NCBI GenBank assembly: GCA_951406725.2
Contig: OX597818.1
Coordinates: 4,030,001-4,094,000, forward strand
Reading direction: 5' to 3'
Length of the DNA stretch: 64,000 bases
From: Octopus vulgaris
Taxonomy: Eukaryota
Part shown: positions 14,107-27,960 of the stretch, piece after piece
How the letters are laid out: the number at the start of each line of letters is the position of its first letter
Position numbering within the stretch: position 1 is the stretch's first letter
Position numbers and translations under genes: made by a program
The notes under the pieces: generated by a model
The model's input: only the letters and a program-made list of their open reading frames with translations
What the model was told of the DNA's origin: nothing
Database searches by the model: none

Positions 14107-14330
14107 CATCATTTAACACCCATTATCCATGCTGGCATGTGTCAGATGGTTTGACTGGACTGGCACACTGCACCAAACTCCAATCTGACTTGGCATGGTT
14201 TTCTGCATCTGGATGCCTTTCCACTCCGAGTGTGTAATGAGTGCTCTTAAGTGACATCATGGTGCTTTCATGTGCCAACTTGTGTGATACCAGTATCTGC
14301 CATGACTGAAATTTACCTCGGATTGATATA
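14107..14330 (-). mobile_element. RTE 3' UTR copy, reverse orientation
   Basis: CATCATTTAAC...CCATGCTGGCATG...CTGGATGCC. Confidence 0.75.
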
Positions 14331-15275
14331 TGAACAAACACACACATATATATGTTAATGCACTTGAAGTAATTGTTAGATTTTTAAGGTGTGATCTAAA
14401 ATAAAGATGTGATTTTCTTTGTATATATTATTGGTTGTTTTATATATATATATAAATTTTTTTTTTTTACTTCTTTCAAAAATTTATTGGAAAAACAATG
14501 ACACAAACCTTGGAATTAAGTTTTTGCATAATAAAAATATAATGAATAAAACAAGAAAGATGTGAAAAGAAAATTGGTTTCAATCTTGTGCAAAAGTCAG
14601 TTTGAAACGAAAGAACTTGATGCTGAATGTGGAAAATCTGCAGAGAAATTAGAGTGAGCACAAGCTGAAAGACTGGTAGTGCATAGAAAGCATTAACCAA
14701 TACATGTGAAGAAGAACTATGATGGAGTAGACATGCATGAGTGAAAGTGTTTTACTGCTGGAGATCACAACAAATAAAAACATGAGAAAAAACAACATAA
14801 TCAGATCTGAGGCTTCACAAATTACTATCATCATCATTATAATAATATCCACTTTTCCATGGTTGCATGGATCAGATGTAAATTTTTTTTATGGCTGGAT
14901 GCCTTTTCCTGTCACCAACCCTCACTTATTTTCAAGCAAGGCACTATTTTCACATATCACAGTTGACTGCTTACATATGATACTGTTTGTATGATAGTGA
15001 CACTTGTTTACAACAATCAGATAAATATATACATATATTCAACAGTTGTCTTTTACTTCCATTTGCAGTTTAGCATCATAACCATTGTGTATCTCTCAAA
15101 CACACACTTTGAGATGTACAAATCCACTGACTGACTACTATTCAACGTTATGCAAGACATACAAACCCAAGATTACTTAATTATTCAGATGTGTCATAAA
15201 ATTATCTCCTCTCATGATTGACAGCATTTAATAAAATGAGAATATCTTAAGTTACACAATAAAAAAAAAAATTAC

Positions 15276-15338
15276 CTTCCTTTCTTTTCTTTCTTCTTTT
15301 GTTTCAATCCTAGTTGGTGGAGGTGTGTCTTTAGGATC
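15276..15338 (-). CDS. SNRNP70: SNRNP70 coding exon 2 (DPKDTPPPTRIETKEERKERK)
   Basis: 63 nt; acceptor ttttgcttacag, donor AAG|gtaat; in frame with exon 1 and matches U1-70K DP..PPPTR.ET.EE. Confidence 0.95.
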
Positions 15339-15599
15339 CTGTAAGCAAAAGCAGAAACATTTAATTGAAATTTTCCATTGCAAGACAGTTCTTTCACTAT
15401 TCCACTTCATGTCTATATGTGATCTTCAATCCTACTCATTTAACAACTTATGCTGTTCTGAATACATAATTCTTACAAAAACTTGTAATTATGCTGATTT
15501 CATTTAAAGCTCTAACTAGCAACTTGATTATAATCAACATGCACTGAAACTATCTTCCACAACTCACCTTTCTAAAACCAAATCCCCTCCACCCCAGCT

Positions 15600-16395
15600 A
15601 GGAGGGTTAGCTGAAAAGTTCATAGGCTGATCAAAATACTCTTATGAAATGTAATCAATTGAAGTTTATTTTCCCCACAGTATCCCCTTGTTGCAAGGCT
15701 TGTATCCAATTGAAGTAGCATTCATCCTCTTGGTCACAAACGTCATCAATAGCAGATGTCATCATGGTTATACTGGTTCCCAGCAAAGTGATTTTTCATG
15801 TTGAGAAACAAATAGTTAACTGGGACCAAATCAGGAGAATAGGAATCAACCAGTTCAAAGCCAGTCATACACAACAGCCATTGAAAGCAAAAACCTTGTG
15901 TTCCTAGGTGCCTGTCCTGATAGCAAAGTGCATAGTACTTTCCTATGATAGTGTGGCCCTTTTGAAGACATTCAATTAGCACAATGCTTTTTGTATCTCA
16001 AAAAACTGAGACCATTACCTTCCCTGTAGATGAAAGGACCATGGCCTTCTCTGGAGTAGGCGAGGAAGGGAGTTTCCACTGTATGTATTGTCTGCTTTGT
16101 CTGACTCAAAGTGATGAAGCCAACACTCATATTGGCTTAGGGAAGACCAGCTGGAACTGCCTGAAACAATGCCAGATTTTCCTGTGATGTGATTGGTCTG
16201 GTTTGATTAGGTGTCAAAAGGCATGACACCCACTAAGCAGAAATGTTAGCCATGCCAAGTTCATTGTGCAGAATATTCTTGACTGCCTCACAGGATACAC
16301 TAATAGTATTGGCTATTTGATTTATAGTCAATTACCAGTCATTCATCACCATGTGGTGAACACAATCAATGTTTTTCTCGATGGAGGAAAATGTG
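15600..16395 (-). mobile_element. Degenerate mariner, same family as 52458-57250
   Basis: TIR GCTGAAAAGTTCATAGGCTGA; YSPDLVP..YLFLNMK motif on the minus strand. Confidence 0.82.
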
Positions 16396-16949
16396 GCTAT
16401 CCTCTAAGAGATGATGACACTGCCATTTTAATCTCAAAAAGACTTCTCCAGCTGGTTTATTCAGTGCGCTTCTCACACCTGTTATTTATTGTAAGCAGGC
16501 GATAACTTCTGCCACCCTGGCTTCAAGACCACCAGACCGTGTAGCTTCCATCTGTATTGGATTTCCTTGGTGGTGGGTACTCGTTAAGCATGGCAGCAGT
16601 TTATCTCACTTGCAATATATAGAAAATAGTGTCATACAATCTCTGATTTTGTAACTAGGAAACTAGTCCATTAGAAAATCTGTTCAGGATTGAAGCAGTA
16701 TACAAACCAAAAAGTATTGCTTATGGTCACATTAATGTGGCTGTCTACTAAGAGATGATACACTGCCATTTTATTTAATCCCAGGAAGACATCTCCTGGA
16801 CTTAGGGAACCCTTTTCTTTTCTTTCTTTTTTTTTTTTTTACGTAATTTCATTTACAGAGTGAACTGAATTTTACATTAATGACTTGCCTATTTTTCCAT
16901 AATACTTTTCTGCAGATTCAAAAGTGAATATCTTAATTGCCATTGTGTT

Positions 16950-18200
16950 TTGTTATAGGTGAACAGCTTCTCCTTTACAATAAATGTGTGCTTATAACAA
17001 TTTAGGGATACTGGATACCTGGTGCTTCAATATTGCTGTGTCTTGTCAGACTAATGAAACTAACAAGAGTATGAGGTACTTATATATAGGATAAGCAAAC
17101 AAATCATTTGCTGATGCATGCTGTCTGCCAACCAATAATAAATTGTCATATGCATATTGAAAACCAGAATGAAAATGAAGACTCAGTTGGCAGATATCAG
17201 CATGCATGAGCAAATCATTTGTTTGCTGAAGTTATAACCAAGAACCATGCATATGCTCATAGTATATTCTACTCCAGTGCTTTTATAATTCCACTTAACT
17301 TTTGTGTAGCCTTAGCTTACATTAGGTACAACACGGATATTTACCTGGGTGTACCAAGCCTTCTTTCCCCACTTCTGTTGCCTTATTATGAAGATTGCAT
17401 CAATGAAACCAAGCTGCATCTCATCTAGGTCTATTCTATCATGAAATAATTGTGCTATGACAATGTATGACTTTCATAATCTGGTCCAGCTGTTTCTCTC
17501 TAAGGCATCTCTTTTGCACTAGCTATAACTTATGATGATACTATGCCAGCAACTGGGTATGTCACATTTCTGTATAAGTTCATTAACTATTCAGATAGTA
17601 ATCATGTATGCTACCTCACCAGAAATTTTGAGCACCTCCCCAACTATCCCTACTGTAACTGCTTTATCAACCAAGCAACTGCTGACTTCAATTGCTGGTC
17701 CTTGTTGGGCCAGTATAAGGCAGCCCCCACTTATCTCATACATTTTCCACAATGAACACCACTGTAGTACTTCTATGCCACTTCATCTTCCATATTGATG
17801 GTAAGTATGCCTTCAACGTTTGAAACAACTTCTCGTTGAAGTCTTGGGCCTCAGAGAGTCTTGAAATCCTAAATACTTTGTCTTTGAACCTTGTTGTAGG
17901 TCAAGTGCAAATCTCTTCCTTCCTGCCTCACTCAAAACCAAATATACCTGTAGCATAGCTACTCTTCTAGTTTTTCAATGATGCTCCATACCACTGTCCT
18001 TCCATATCTTCCAAGCTTACCTGTTAGTACTTCTTGCCCTATCAACTATGTCATTCCAACACCACATTACTTTTGATTTGGACAGGACTTTTTAACCCTA
18101 GTTATGTCTGATCCTCAGAGCTAAATAGGTTATTTCATAAAAATTCCAAGTTGTTATTTATATTGAAGGTATGTAGATCTTACTCCCTACAGTCAGTTAG
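16950..18200 (-). mobile_element. Highly decayed RTE-like LINE remnant
   Basis: Degenerate RT motifs on the minus strand; many stops. Confidence 0.45.
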
Positions 18201-18447
18201 AATTCCTCTAAACCTATTCTCGATTCTGGCAGCTTTTACTCTCCCTATCTTCCTTCTTCATAATGTCTTCTGTTTCTGCTTAGCTAGAACTCTAAAAGTA
18301 CTCTTGTTCTTTCCACCCTCTCAGCCATTCTGATCCTTATGACGTCACTGATCTTTCTCTTCAATTCTCCGTTAGGGTCATCTGCACAAATGTACACGAT
18401 ATAATTTGTTTATTCTAGTCTTATAATTATTTATGGCCTTTCTGTGG

Positions 18448-18625
18448 TCATCATCATTTAACATGTTTTCTATGCTTGCATGAGTTGAGCAGTTTGTCAG
18501 GAACTGTACCAGGTTCTGTTGTCTATTTTGGCATGGCTTCTACAGCTGGGTGCACTTCCTAACACCAACCACTTTACAGAATGCGCCAGGTACCTTTAAT
18601 ACGGCACCAGCACTGACAGGTTTAC
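18448..18625 (-). mobile_element. RTE 3' UTR copy, reverse orientation
   Basis: CATCATCATTTAAC...TACAGCTGGGTGCACTTCCTAACACCAACCAC. Confidence 0.75.
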
Positions 18626-19018
18626 CAACTAAGGGAAGGGAGAGATGTATTGAGGGGGTGTTGGCTGTGCTCATTGAGAGATTAAAGGTATAGAGGGACA
18701 CTCTTGCTGTATAGTAGATACATGGATATTCCAATTGGAAAAGTGAGTGAGTTAGAGCCTGCCACTCTTGCTGTATACATGGATATTCCAATTGGAAAAG
18801 AGAGTGACTTAGAGACCAAGATGGCAAAGAGGTGTTGGGACATACCTTTGAGTGATATTTACACGGTGGGAACAGGAGAAGTGACACATATTTAGAGTGG
18901 CTGAGCGGACAGGATTAAGGTGACTAGCAAATGGAGAGATATGAGAGGATTGGGTGGGGGGTTGCTGTAGATATGAGAGGGCATTGAGAGTAACAACTGG
19001 TAAGCAATAATATTAAAA

Positions 19019-19290
19019 GGCACAGGCATGGCTGTGTAGTAAGAAGCTTGCTTCCCAACCACATAGCTCCGGGTTCAGTCCCACTGAATGGCACCTTGGG
19101 CGAGTACCATTTACTATAGCTTCAGGTTGACCAAAGCCTTGTGAGTGGATTCGGTAGACGGAAACTGAAAGAAACCCTTCATATGTATGTATTTGTGTGC
19201 ATCTGTGACGGTCTATCCCCCACCATTGCTTGACAACCAATGTTGGTGGTTTTACATCCTTTGCAGTTCAGCAAAAGACTGAAACAAATA
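19019..19290 (+). mobile_element. tRNA-derived SINE, family A
   Basis: A box TGGCTGTGTAGTAAG, B box GGTTCAGTCCC, body GCACCTTGGGC...CCAAAGCCTTGTGAGTGGATT.GGTAGACGGAAACTGAAAG. Confidence 0.88.
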
Positions 19291-19559
19291 AAAGAACAGA
19301 GGAGAGAGAAAACAGAAAAGGAGGTGATTGGTGGAGACAGGTGGGGGAAGTCATGAGGAATTTATATGCCTATTCTGCTCCTAGGTGATAGAGATGATGG
19401 GTAGTAGGAAGGAGTTGACAGGGAAGAGATGATGGAAGACACAGGCCCTACATGGCCAAGCATTTAGAGGATGGGTCTTTGAGTACAGCTAAGCACCAGA
19501 TATCTCGGCCCTTTGTCATCTCCTTCATAAAGGTCTGCATCTTGCGATCAGCCTTCATT

Positions 19560-20400
19560 CATATTTACTGTGCACAACATCATTCTTTAACATCTCATTT
19601 TTATGCCAGCTTAATTTGGATGATTTGACCAGAGCTGTCAAGCCACACCAGGTTCCAGTTTGATTTGGCTTAGTTTCAATGGTGCATTTTATGAGGCACC
19701 AGCACAAAACTCGTAAGGCCAATCCTCTTCATCTGGGGATGCAGCTTTAAAACTTCTGATGTGGAAGATGGTTCTTCTTGAATACAGTAAGGTACCAGGT
19801 ATCGTGGTCCTTTGGTATCTTGTGTGAATGGTTCAGCATTCTGAGGTCATCCGTCAGTACTTCATCCCATGTCTTCCTGGGCTCCCTCTTCCATGAATTC
19901 CATCCACTGAGTGAATAGCAATTCTTTATGGAGCTACAGGCATCCATTCACATCACATGACTAAACCAGCATCTTCACTTTTGTACACTGCATCTAATGC
20001 CTCTTATGCCTGACTTCTGTCACTACACCAACACTGCCAGATGTATACACTTACATTACACATCTAGTGGAGCATACCAGCCTTATTTCTCTCTAGCCTT
20101 CAGAGCCCACATCTCACTATCATGTAGAATTGCTATTCATATGCATGACCCATACAATCTTCCTTTCACTTAGAGAGAGAAACCTTTGGTTGCCAACTGA
20201 GGTAAAAGCTCTTTGAATTTTCTCCACCCTATTCTTATTCCAGCTATTACACTGTACATCCGCCCCCACTACTAATCTGGTAATTTACACATTATCTCTA
20301 AAGAAAATTGATTTCCCAAGCATCTGTAGCTTTTATGGCTCTTATACATCTATGTATGAACACAACCCTGTCTGTTGTTCACACTGTAAAGTGGCTGGCT
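19560..20400 (-). mobile_element. Degenerate RTE 3' portion
   Basis: PRKTWDEVLTDDLRML on the minus strand plus UTR remnants. Confidence 0.75.
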
Positions 20401-20708
20401 AAACGAGCAGAGGAAGTGTAAGTTTACGTGTCCTTTATAAATTTTTCTATTCAACCTATCTAGTGTTGATGCCCGAAAGAAAATGTATACAGCCACTGAA
20501 ACAATCACCTAATCTCTGGAAGCTATAGCTCCCAATGGGAAGTGACTTGGACCATGGCAACTCATCTAACTCATCTCAGTATGGAAAGGGGATGTAAATG
20601 ATAATATATGAACCTACATGTGAATATGAATACATGCACACATAATAAATACCACCCCAAAATTTTAAACAGGACAAATTCTAAACTCACCCATAACAAA
20701 ATATTTAA

Positions 20709-21920
20709 CCCCTTTAATTCCTCTATGAAAGTGCTTTAAAAAAAAAACAAAAACCACGATATTAAATTTTCATAGTTTTGAGATAATGCGAGATAAAGCC
20801 TTTCCTGCATTTATTCAAATAAAAATACCATGAAATTTTAGAGACTTTTTTTTCAATGTTTGATGAGAAATGTATATCTTAGTTTTTAACAATATGGTAT
20901 TAGCAAGTAACGATTCCGACTTTGAAGGTTTTACTCTTAATGATATACAAAATATAGATGAAAACAACAGTGATTTATCTTTGGACAAATCTGATATTGA
21001 TATTTATGAATCTTTGTCAGATGAGGAAGATTTTGATGATGAAAATGATATTGAAAAGATTACAGCATATATACGTCAACAAGTTACCAATTTCACAGAA
21101 AAGACTATTCCACAACACAGCCTACCTCCTGATGCTCAATCATTGGACTATTTATTTTTACCAAAAAGTATTTTGCAAACTAATGTGGAAGAAACAAATA
21201 TGCTGATCCTGATCCACTATGGCAGCCAGCTGATACTGTGGAAATACGAGCTTTTTTTTTTAAATGATAAACATTATGTTTGGTATCAAGTAGCTTCCTT
21301 GACTGGAACTACTGGAGTCCTGATATAAGGTATGGTGATCCATATATCTCCAGTTTCATGTCTTACTATAGTTAATTCATATATTGTTTATGCAAAAAGC
21401 CACAAGGTACCTCTGTCACCAAAGGACTACCACCATTTGAAATCGCATCTTAGTTACATGAGGGCTTTTCTTCCAGAAAAGCAAAATTAACTGAGGTGGA
21501 TGTCAGAGAAAATATTGATTTCAATAAGTGGAAAAAAGTTTGCAGACTGCGTTTGCTGCAAAAAAGAAAAACTGCGAAAGGATATCAGGTCAATACCTCA
21601 TGTGTGTTTGTTTTGCAAAGTGCCCTTATGTACGGGGTACTTTAGACAGTTTCAAGATAGAAATATAGCATAACTATTTTGTTGTTTGATAGTAATACTA
21701 TTATATATTCCTTTCATTTTATTATAATATGTGAAAGTGAGTAATACATATTAATTTTCAGTATGTTACACACCTGTATTCACCTTAGTCTCACCTGTTA
21801 ATGAGCTTTTTCATTAGATGCATTTTATGTATTTCATGAAATTGTGTAAGAGTACATAGCCAACGGTATACTGACTAGTAAAAGAGTTTTGTACTTTATA
21901 TTCAATGAAAATGTTTGAAT
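20709..21920 (+). mobile_element. piggyBac-family element related to 4780-6440, right end missing
   Basis: TTAA|CCC start; acidic N-terminus SDFEGF, QHSLPPDAQSLDYLF; shares internal sequence with 4890-6010. Confidence 0.82.
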
Positions 21921-21981
21921 GTAATCATCCCAATTGTGAGAGCCTCACAAAATGTCAGCAGCTGTTGTGGTCCCACATATA

Positions 21982-24150
21982 CAGTGGTATCTTGACTTAT
22001 GAGTTAATTCGTTCTGTGACGGAGCTTGTAACTCAAATTGCTTTTATGTCAAATCAAATTTCCCCACTGAAATGAAATGCCATTAATCTGTTCCGGGCCT
22101 CCCCACCAAAACACTGCAATTTTTCGTTACGTGTTTTTAAATAACAAAAATGTACTTATAAATAATGAATATTGTATAAAAGAACAATGTAATAGAATGT
22201 ACTGCAATAAACTGGTTTTATTATGTATAATGTACAACATTTACCTTGAAGATCAGACGACTTAAGAATGTTGGCAGAGGTGGAGGAGAAAGGCTGACTG
22301 AATAACCAAATCTTTTTTGCCCTTTTCGCCATGCTTTCCTCACTTTCATCTACAGGAGTTTTCTATAAAAACCTGTCCAATAAGCTCTGTTTCATCTTCA
22401 CTTTCAGTGTTTCTGAAATGAGTTAGGCAAGCGTCATTAAATAGTGCTGTCGCACACCCACTTGCAACTTTTTCTGAGGGTTTCTTCTGAATAAAGTCTG
22501 AAAGTTTCTCAAATATTTCCTAGATAACCTCCTCTGTCTCCTCCACCTCACCTATTTCTTGCAAAACCTCTACGTGCTGCTGTGTCTATAGCTCCTTTAG
22601 CACTTCCATTATCAGTTCCTCAGAGTGCAGCTCATTCATGTCACCTTCATCCACATCCAGGCCCATGGACTTGTCGAGGGATACAATCTTATCCATCACT
22701 GCCACTTTGAGTCTTTCAAAGTTCGTTTCAGACACAACCTTAGGCCACAGCTTCTTCCATGCAGAGGTCAAGGTAACACCCTGCCAGACCATATATCAAT
22801 AATTTTGAGGCATATCATGTTACAGTGGTCCTTCCAGAACTCTCAAAAGGCGAGGTTTGTGCTCTCCATCACCTCAAAGCAGCAGCAGAACAGCTGCTTA
22901 GTAAAGAGCTTCTTGAAATTAGAAATCTCCTGCTGGTCCATGGGCTGCAGGATAGGGATGGTGTTGGGTGAAAGGTAGAGAACCTTTATAAACTTGAACC
23001 CTTCGAGTTTAGGTGAGTGAGCAGGTGCATTATCCAGGACAAGAAGTGCTTGCAGAACTAGGTTATTTTCCTGGAGATATTTCCTAACGCCAGGACCAAA
23101 GACCAAATTCACCCACTCCACAAAGAACTGCCTGGTGAGCCATGTCCTTGGGTCCCCCCACCCACACAACCTGCAGTTTTCCTTTCAGAATCTCATATGA
23201 TTTAAAGGCTCTGGGATTTTCCAAACAATAAACAAGCAGCAGTTTAATCTTGCATTTTCTGCACGTATTGGCACAGAGTGCAAAGGCTAGCTTATCTTTC
23301 ATGGGTTTGTGACCTGGCATCCTCTTCTCTGCTGCTATATAAGTCCTCCCTGGACTGTTTCATCATGGTTGAAGGCCAGCTATAATTTCAGTAAAAGTTT
23401 TGAGGTAATGCACAACTGTCTTCATATTGGCTCTCACTGCCCCACAAGGGGGTGAATGCTGGCTCTCTTTTTAGAACTCTCGAACCAGCCCCGACTAGCT
23501 TCAAATGACTCAGCCCATACAAGTGCTTGGGGTCTGCTGCAGCCAATGGTATAAATAGCTTGAGCCTTCTCGCAGATTATAGCCTCCGCCATGGTATCTT
23601 CTTCAAGCTGCTTCTCCGTTAACCACACCATAGCAGCTTCTACATATTTTCATGGATAGATGTCTACTGTTTAGAAATTATTTTAAAGCCCTAGGCTGAC
23701 ACCATAACCTCTATCAGCTCCTCCTGCTTTAGTATGGCACAGATCATAGTAGTGCTACACTCATACTGCTTTGCCATGTCAACTACACGCACACCTTGGT
23801 CATATTTTTTGATAATTTCTTTAATGCAATGCACACCATCCATTTCTTCTCACCACTATCCTTCGCACTCACTTTCTTCGGACCCATGGTTGTAGAGATG
23901 AAGTTTTGCAAAATAACTGTAAACACAACACTGATGCTTCTGTAACCTGCAGAGACTAAGTAAGCATTTTACCACTTGTCTAGCTAATGACCCACTGACG
24001 ATCTTCGCACTCGCTAACACACATATCTGCCTAGCTATTGAGTGAGACACGGGATGCTGGGCAGATGTTACAGCATTTGCTATGCCAACTAGCTGTGGGG
24101 GTATCTGAAGCTGTCTTTTTCACATTGTCTGCATGGATGAACACATGTGG
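21982..24150 (-). mobile_element. Tigger/pogo-type DNA transposon, decayed
   Basis: TA|CAGTGGTA terminus; psq and CENP-B HTH remnants (FEASRGWF) and DDE_1 motifs LLVLDNAPAH, PNT...LQPMDQ..ISNFK. Confidence 0.88.
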
Positions 24151-24202
24151 AGGAATAGGTTGAGCAATTGTCAACACATATACACAAATCTTATAGAAGT
24201 GT

Positions 24203-24570
24203 AGGAGAGGCTGTGTGGTAAGTAGCTTGCTAACAAACCACATGGTTCCAGGTTCAGTCCCACTGCATGGCACCTTGGGCAAGTGTCTGCTACTACAGCC
24301 TTGGGCCGACCAAAGCCTTGTGAGTGAATTTGGTAGACAGAAACTGAAAGAAGCCAGTCGTATATGTGTGTGTGTCTGTCCTCCAGCATCGCTTGACAAC
24401 TGATGGTGGTATGCTTACACCTCCATAACTTAGCGGTTTGGCAAAAGAGACCGATAGAATAAGTACTAGGCTTAGAAAGAATAAATCCTGGGGTCGATTT
24501 GGTCGACTAAAAGCGGTGCTCCAGCATGACCACAGTCAAATGACTGAAACAAGTAAAAGAGTAAAGAGAG
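24203..24570 (+). mobile_element. Full-length tRNA-derived SINE, family A, with LINE-like tail
   Basis: A/B boxes, conserved body, tail GCGGTGCTCCAGCATG...TGACTGAAACAAGTAAAAGAG. Confidence 0.9.
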
Positions 24571-24657
24571 AGCCCACTTTTTGCTTTACTTATAATGCAT
24601 AGACATGGATGTGTGTTTAAGAAACCAAGTATTTCAAGATTCAACCGCACTGCACAG

Positions 24658-25270
24658 GGATCTTTTCCTTTTGAACGGCAGTTTTCAACGCAATTCCTAG
24701 TTAACTAAACACTTTTAAACTTTGTATACTGGTAGAATGTGTCAAAATAAAACATTTTTCTCTCTCTTTGAAAATTGTAATTTGTAAGTTTAACGTAGTT
24801 TAATTTTTCGAATTTTAACTAATCCTATGCCCTCTATTGAGCTAAAATCATTTGTCACCTAACCCTAAATTTTAGCCTTTCGTTTTCTTTTTCTTAATTG
24901 TTAAATTAATTTAATTGTTACGCGTGTCTAAAATTATTCGTTTTGTTTTCGTTTTGAGTTGCTTTCGTTTTTTTCTTCCTAATCGTTATCCTTAAATTAA
25001 ATTAACAATTAAGAAAAAAAAAACAAAGAAACGAAAGGCTAAAATTTAGGGTTAGAGACAGGATGTCTGTTTTAGACGCAGCAAATGATTTTAGCTCAAA
25101 AGAGGGCATAGGATTGGTTAAAATTCGAAAGAATAAACTACGTTAAACTTACAATTTTCTCAAGAAAGCCAAGAGAAAAAAATGATTTATTTTGACATTC
25201 TACCAGTATACGAAGTTTAAAAGTTAACTAGAAATTGCGTTGGAAACTGCCGTTCAAAAGGAAAAGATCC
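24658..25270. mobile_element. Palindromic MITE, Merlin-like
   Basis: GGATCTTTTCC...GGAAAAGATCC termini, ~250-bp inverted arms, 8-bp TSD CTGCACAG; inserted in a decayed SINE. Confidence 0.85.
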
Positions 25271-25639
25271 CTGCACAGAATAGGGGACGTCTACTATAGC
25301 ACTGGGCTGAACAAAATCCTGGAATTTGGTAGATGAAAAGTCAAAAGCTCTGTGTCTGCATGCACAGATCTGGTTGTGCCTACTTGTCTTGACATTGTAG
25401 GGTAGTTTGTAAATAAATGTTACATCAAAAATAATCTGGCCATAGATAAATACTATCTTACTTAAAAACAAATGAGGGTTAGTGAAAGGATGAGAATACA
25501 ACAGTAGAAAATCTGCCTCCGTGAATTTCATTTCGCTCATGCAGGCATAGAAAAGTGGACATTAAGAATGATGAGAAATTTCATATTTTTGTAACCACCC
25601 GCAACCCAGAAATATAGAATTTAAAAGTCTTTTACATAA

Positions 25640-25822
25640 GATGAGGTAGCAGAGTCATTAACATGCTGAGTGGGAAGTGTCGCGGCATTTCGTCTCTATA
25701 TTCTGAGTTCAAATTCCGCCAAAGTCGTCTTTGATTTTTATCTTTTAGGTAGTATGATTTGTTCGACTAAAGGCGGTGCTCCAGCATGGCAGCAGTCAAA
25801 TGACTGAAACGAGTAAAAGAAT
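25640..25822 (+). mobile_element. tRNA-derived SINE, family B, with the same LINE-like tail
   Basis: TCTGAGTTCAAATTCCGCC B box; tail GGCGGTGCTCCAGCATGG...TGACTGAAACGAGTAAAAGA. Confidence 0.8.
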
Positions 25823-27766
25823 ATCTGCACCATTTTTTTTACACACAGTATAGCTGATAGTCTTCTGAAGACTAACACTATGAACTCTCCCCATTCTCAT
25901 TCAAGACGGTGAATTATCACATAGATAGGCATGAGTGTTAAAAAGCCCACTATGCAGCCACGTGGTTTTGGGTTCAGTCTCACTGTAGAGCATCTTCAGT
26001 AAGTGTCATCTACTGTAGCCCTGTGAATTCTGAGTGAATTCTGTAGAATGTAAATTGCACAGAAACCTATCCCCGTAACTTAGCGGTTTGACGAAAGAGT
26101 TCAACAGAATAACTATTAGACTTAAAAACAAGAAAAAAATACTTGGTCGATTTGTTCAACTAAACCATTCAAGATTCATAGATTGCAAGTGACCGTTTGA
26201 TTAATAATAAATAAATGCCAAATTTGCCATCCACATTAGAAAGAAAATCCTTAATAGACAAATTATTTTGGCACATTTTTTTACGTCTCTCTGCACCAGA
26301 TTCAAATTCTGCTTTGGCAAAGTTTGCCTTTCACCCTATAAAGTCAACAGAAGTAGCAGTCCTTAGTGAGGATCTTTGAAGCACCTCCCTGATCTAAATT
26401 TTTACACTGTTGTTTTTCATAAAAATACGAAGATGTCCTTGCATACACATTTACTTGTCCGTAGATAACCCAGGCCAGATGTACATAGCATTATCTATAA
26501 ATAAAATACGTTGGGTGACAGTACCGATAGTAAGTCAGAATAATATGAAATATAAACTGTGACGCCTTGATCTAGTACACTACCAAACATTGAATACTTT
26601 CCATCATTGTATCAGCAAGAAGATAGTCTCAATTTTTGTTAATACCTTCAACATTTTTTCATCATCTAATAAAAAAATTATTATACCATTTTAAATTACG
26701 AATTTCGTGTAGACGCTTGCTGAGAGAAAGAGGGGTACATTGCCGCGATTTCTTAAAGACTTTATAATCTCGAAAATACCCGAACATCCTCCGGAAAAAA
26801 ACGACGCTTTAACCGACGTACAGAACATAGATCTAAAATTCGTGTGTTTCCGGAAGACGCTCAAATATGAATCTAGTACAATCTGATGAATGTAGAATAC
26901 TTAAGTATGATTATATACATGGCTTTCTGTTGCCACCCTCTACATTTAATACTGCATGCGTCTGTATTATGAAGTTGGGAAGTCTATCTCAAAATTTTGT
27001 ATTTGATATTTCCACCTATTATGAAGACTCGAATTTTCTGTACTAGTGTCTAAAATTTACTTTTGCAAAATGAAAACAATGTATATTTCTGATAGTCACC
27101 GAATCCATTCAAGGATTTTAAAAAAAAACCATTCTAAAAGAGAAAAAATAAAATCGTTATCCATATTACAACACAGAATTTAAGTTGCCTTGTGTTCAAG
27201 CGAATATCGGGGCTAATTTTTTTTATACGCCTATTTAAAAAATGTTTTAGGAATCAAACTCGATCAGACGTTAGAAAGTGGTTTTATTTTGCAATAGAAA
27301 AAGAAATGAATGGTGAGGAAGGGGGACTAATAAATTTCTTATGAACCATGACAAATGTAGGATTTTTAAGGCTAAGTTTATGAAATCTCGGTTACTATAG
27401 CAATAGTCATAACAACCATTTATCGATCTGTAATGAACTTCAGATACTATCAACTCTAAACAAAAACAATAAAACGTTCCTACAGCTGAATTTGCAAGAA
27501 AAATATACCCATAGAATGTGTGCGACAAAAAATCTCGAAAAAGTCCATGCGTTATCATAAGAAAAATGAAAATTAGGAAAATATTGGATAACTATCAGTC
27601 TCCGTTAAGTGATTTTAACACATTCTACTTGAATTTTGTTTCTAAATCTAAGGATCTAAATGTCGGTGATCCCCATCATCAAAAACAAGCCGAATGACAG
27701 TAACCCATAGTTTACAGAATTCGAAGGAAGTATCCTCACCGAAAATGTCTCCTGAACTGCTGTAAT

Positions 27767-27960
27767 ATGAATAAATCAGATAAGGTGGTCCAAAATAAAT
27801 ATACAGATACATTTCCTGTTACAGATAATTATTTATCTAAAGAAAAGGTTAAAAAGAAAGCATGGAAAGATACTCGTAAGCAATGTGTGACACACTGTCC
27901 TGCAGATAGTAAAGACGATGCTACCGTTCCATTACTTAAAAGGGAAGATTATAAAGATAG
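27767..27960 (+). CDS. Candidate first coding exon of an unknown gene, antisense within SNRNP70 intron 1
   Basis: ATG-initiated 64-codon frame ending exactly at a perfect donor AG|GTAAGT (phase 2); no homology recognised. Confidence 0.4.
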
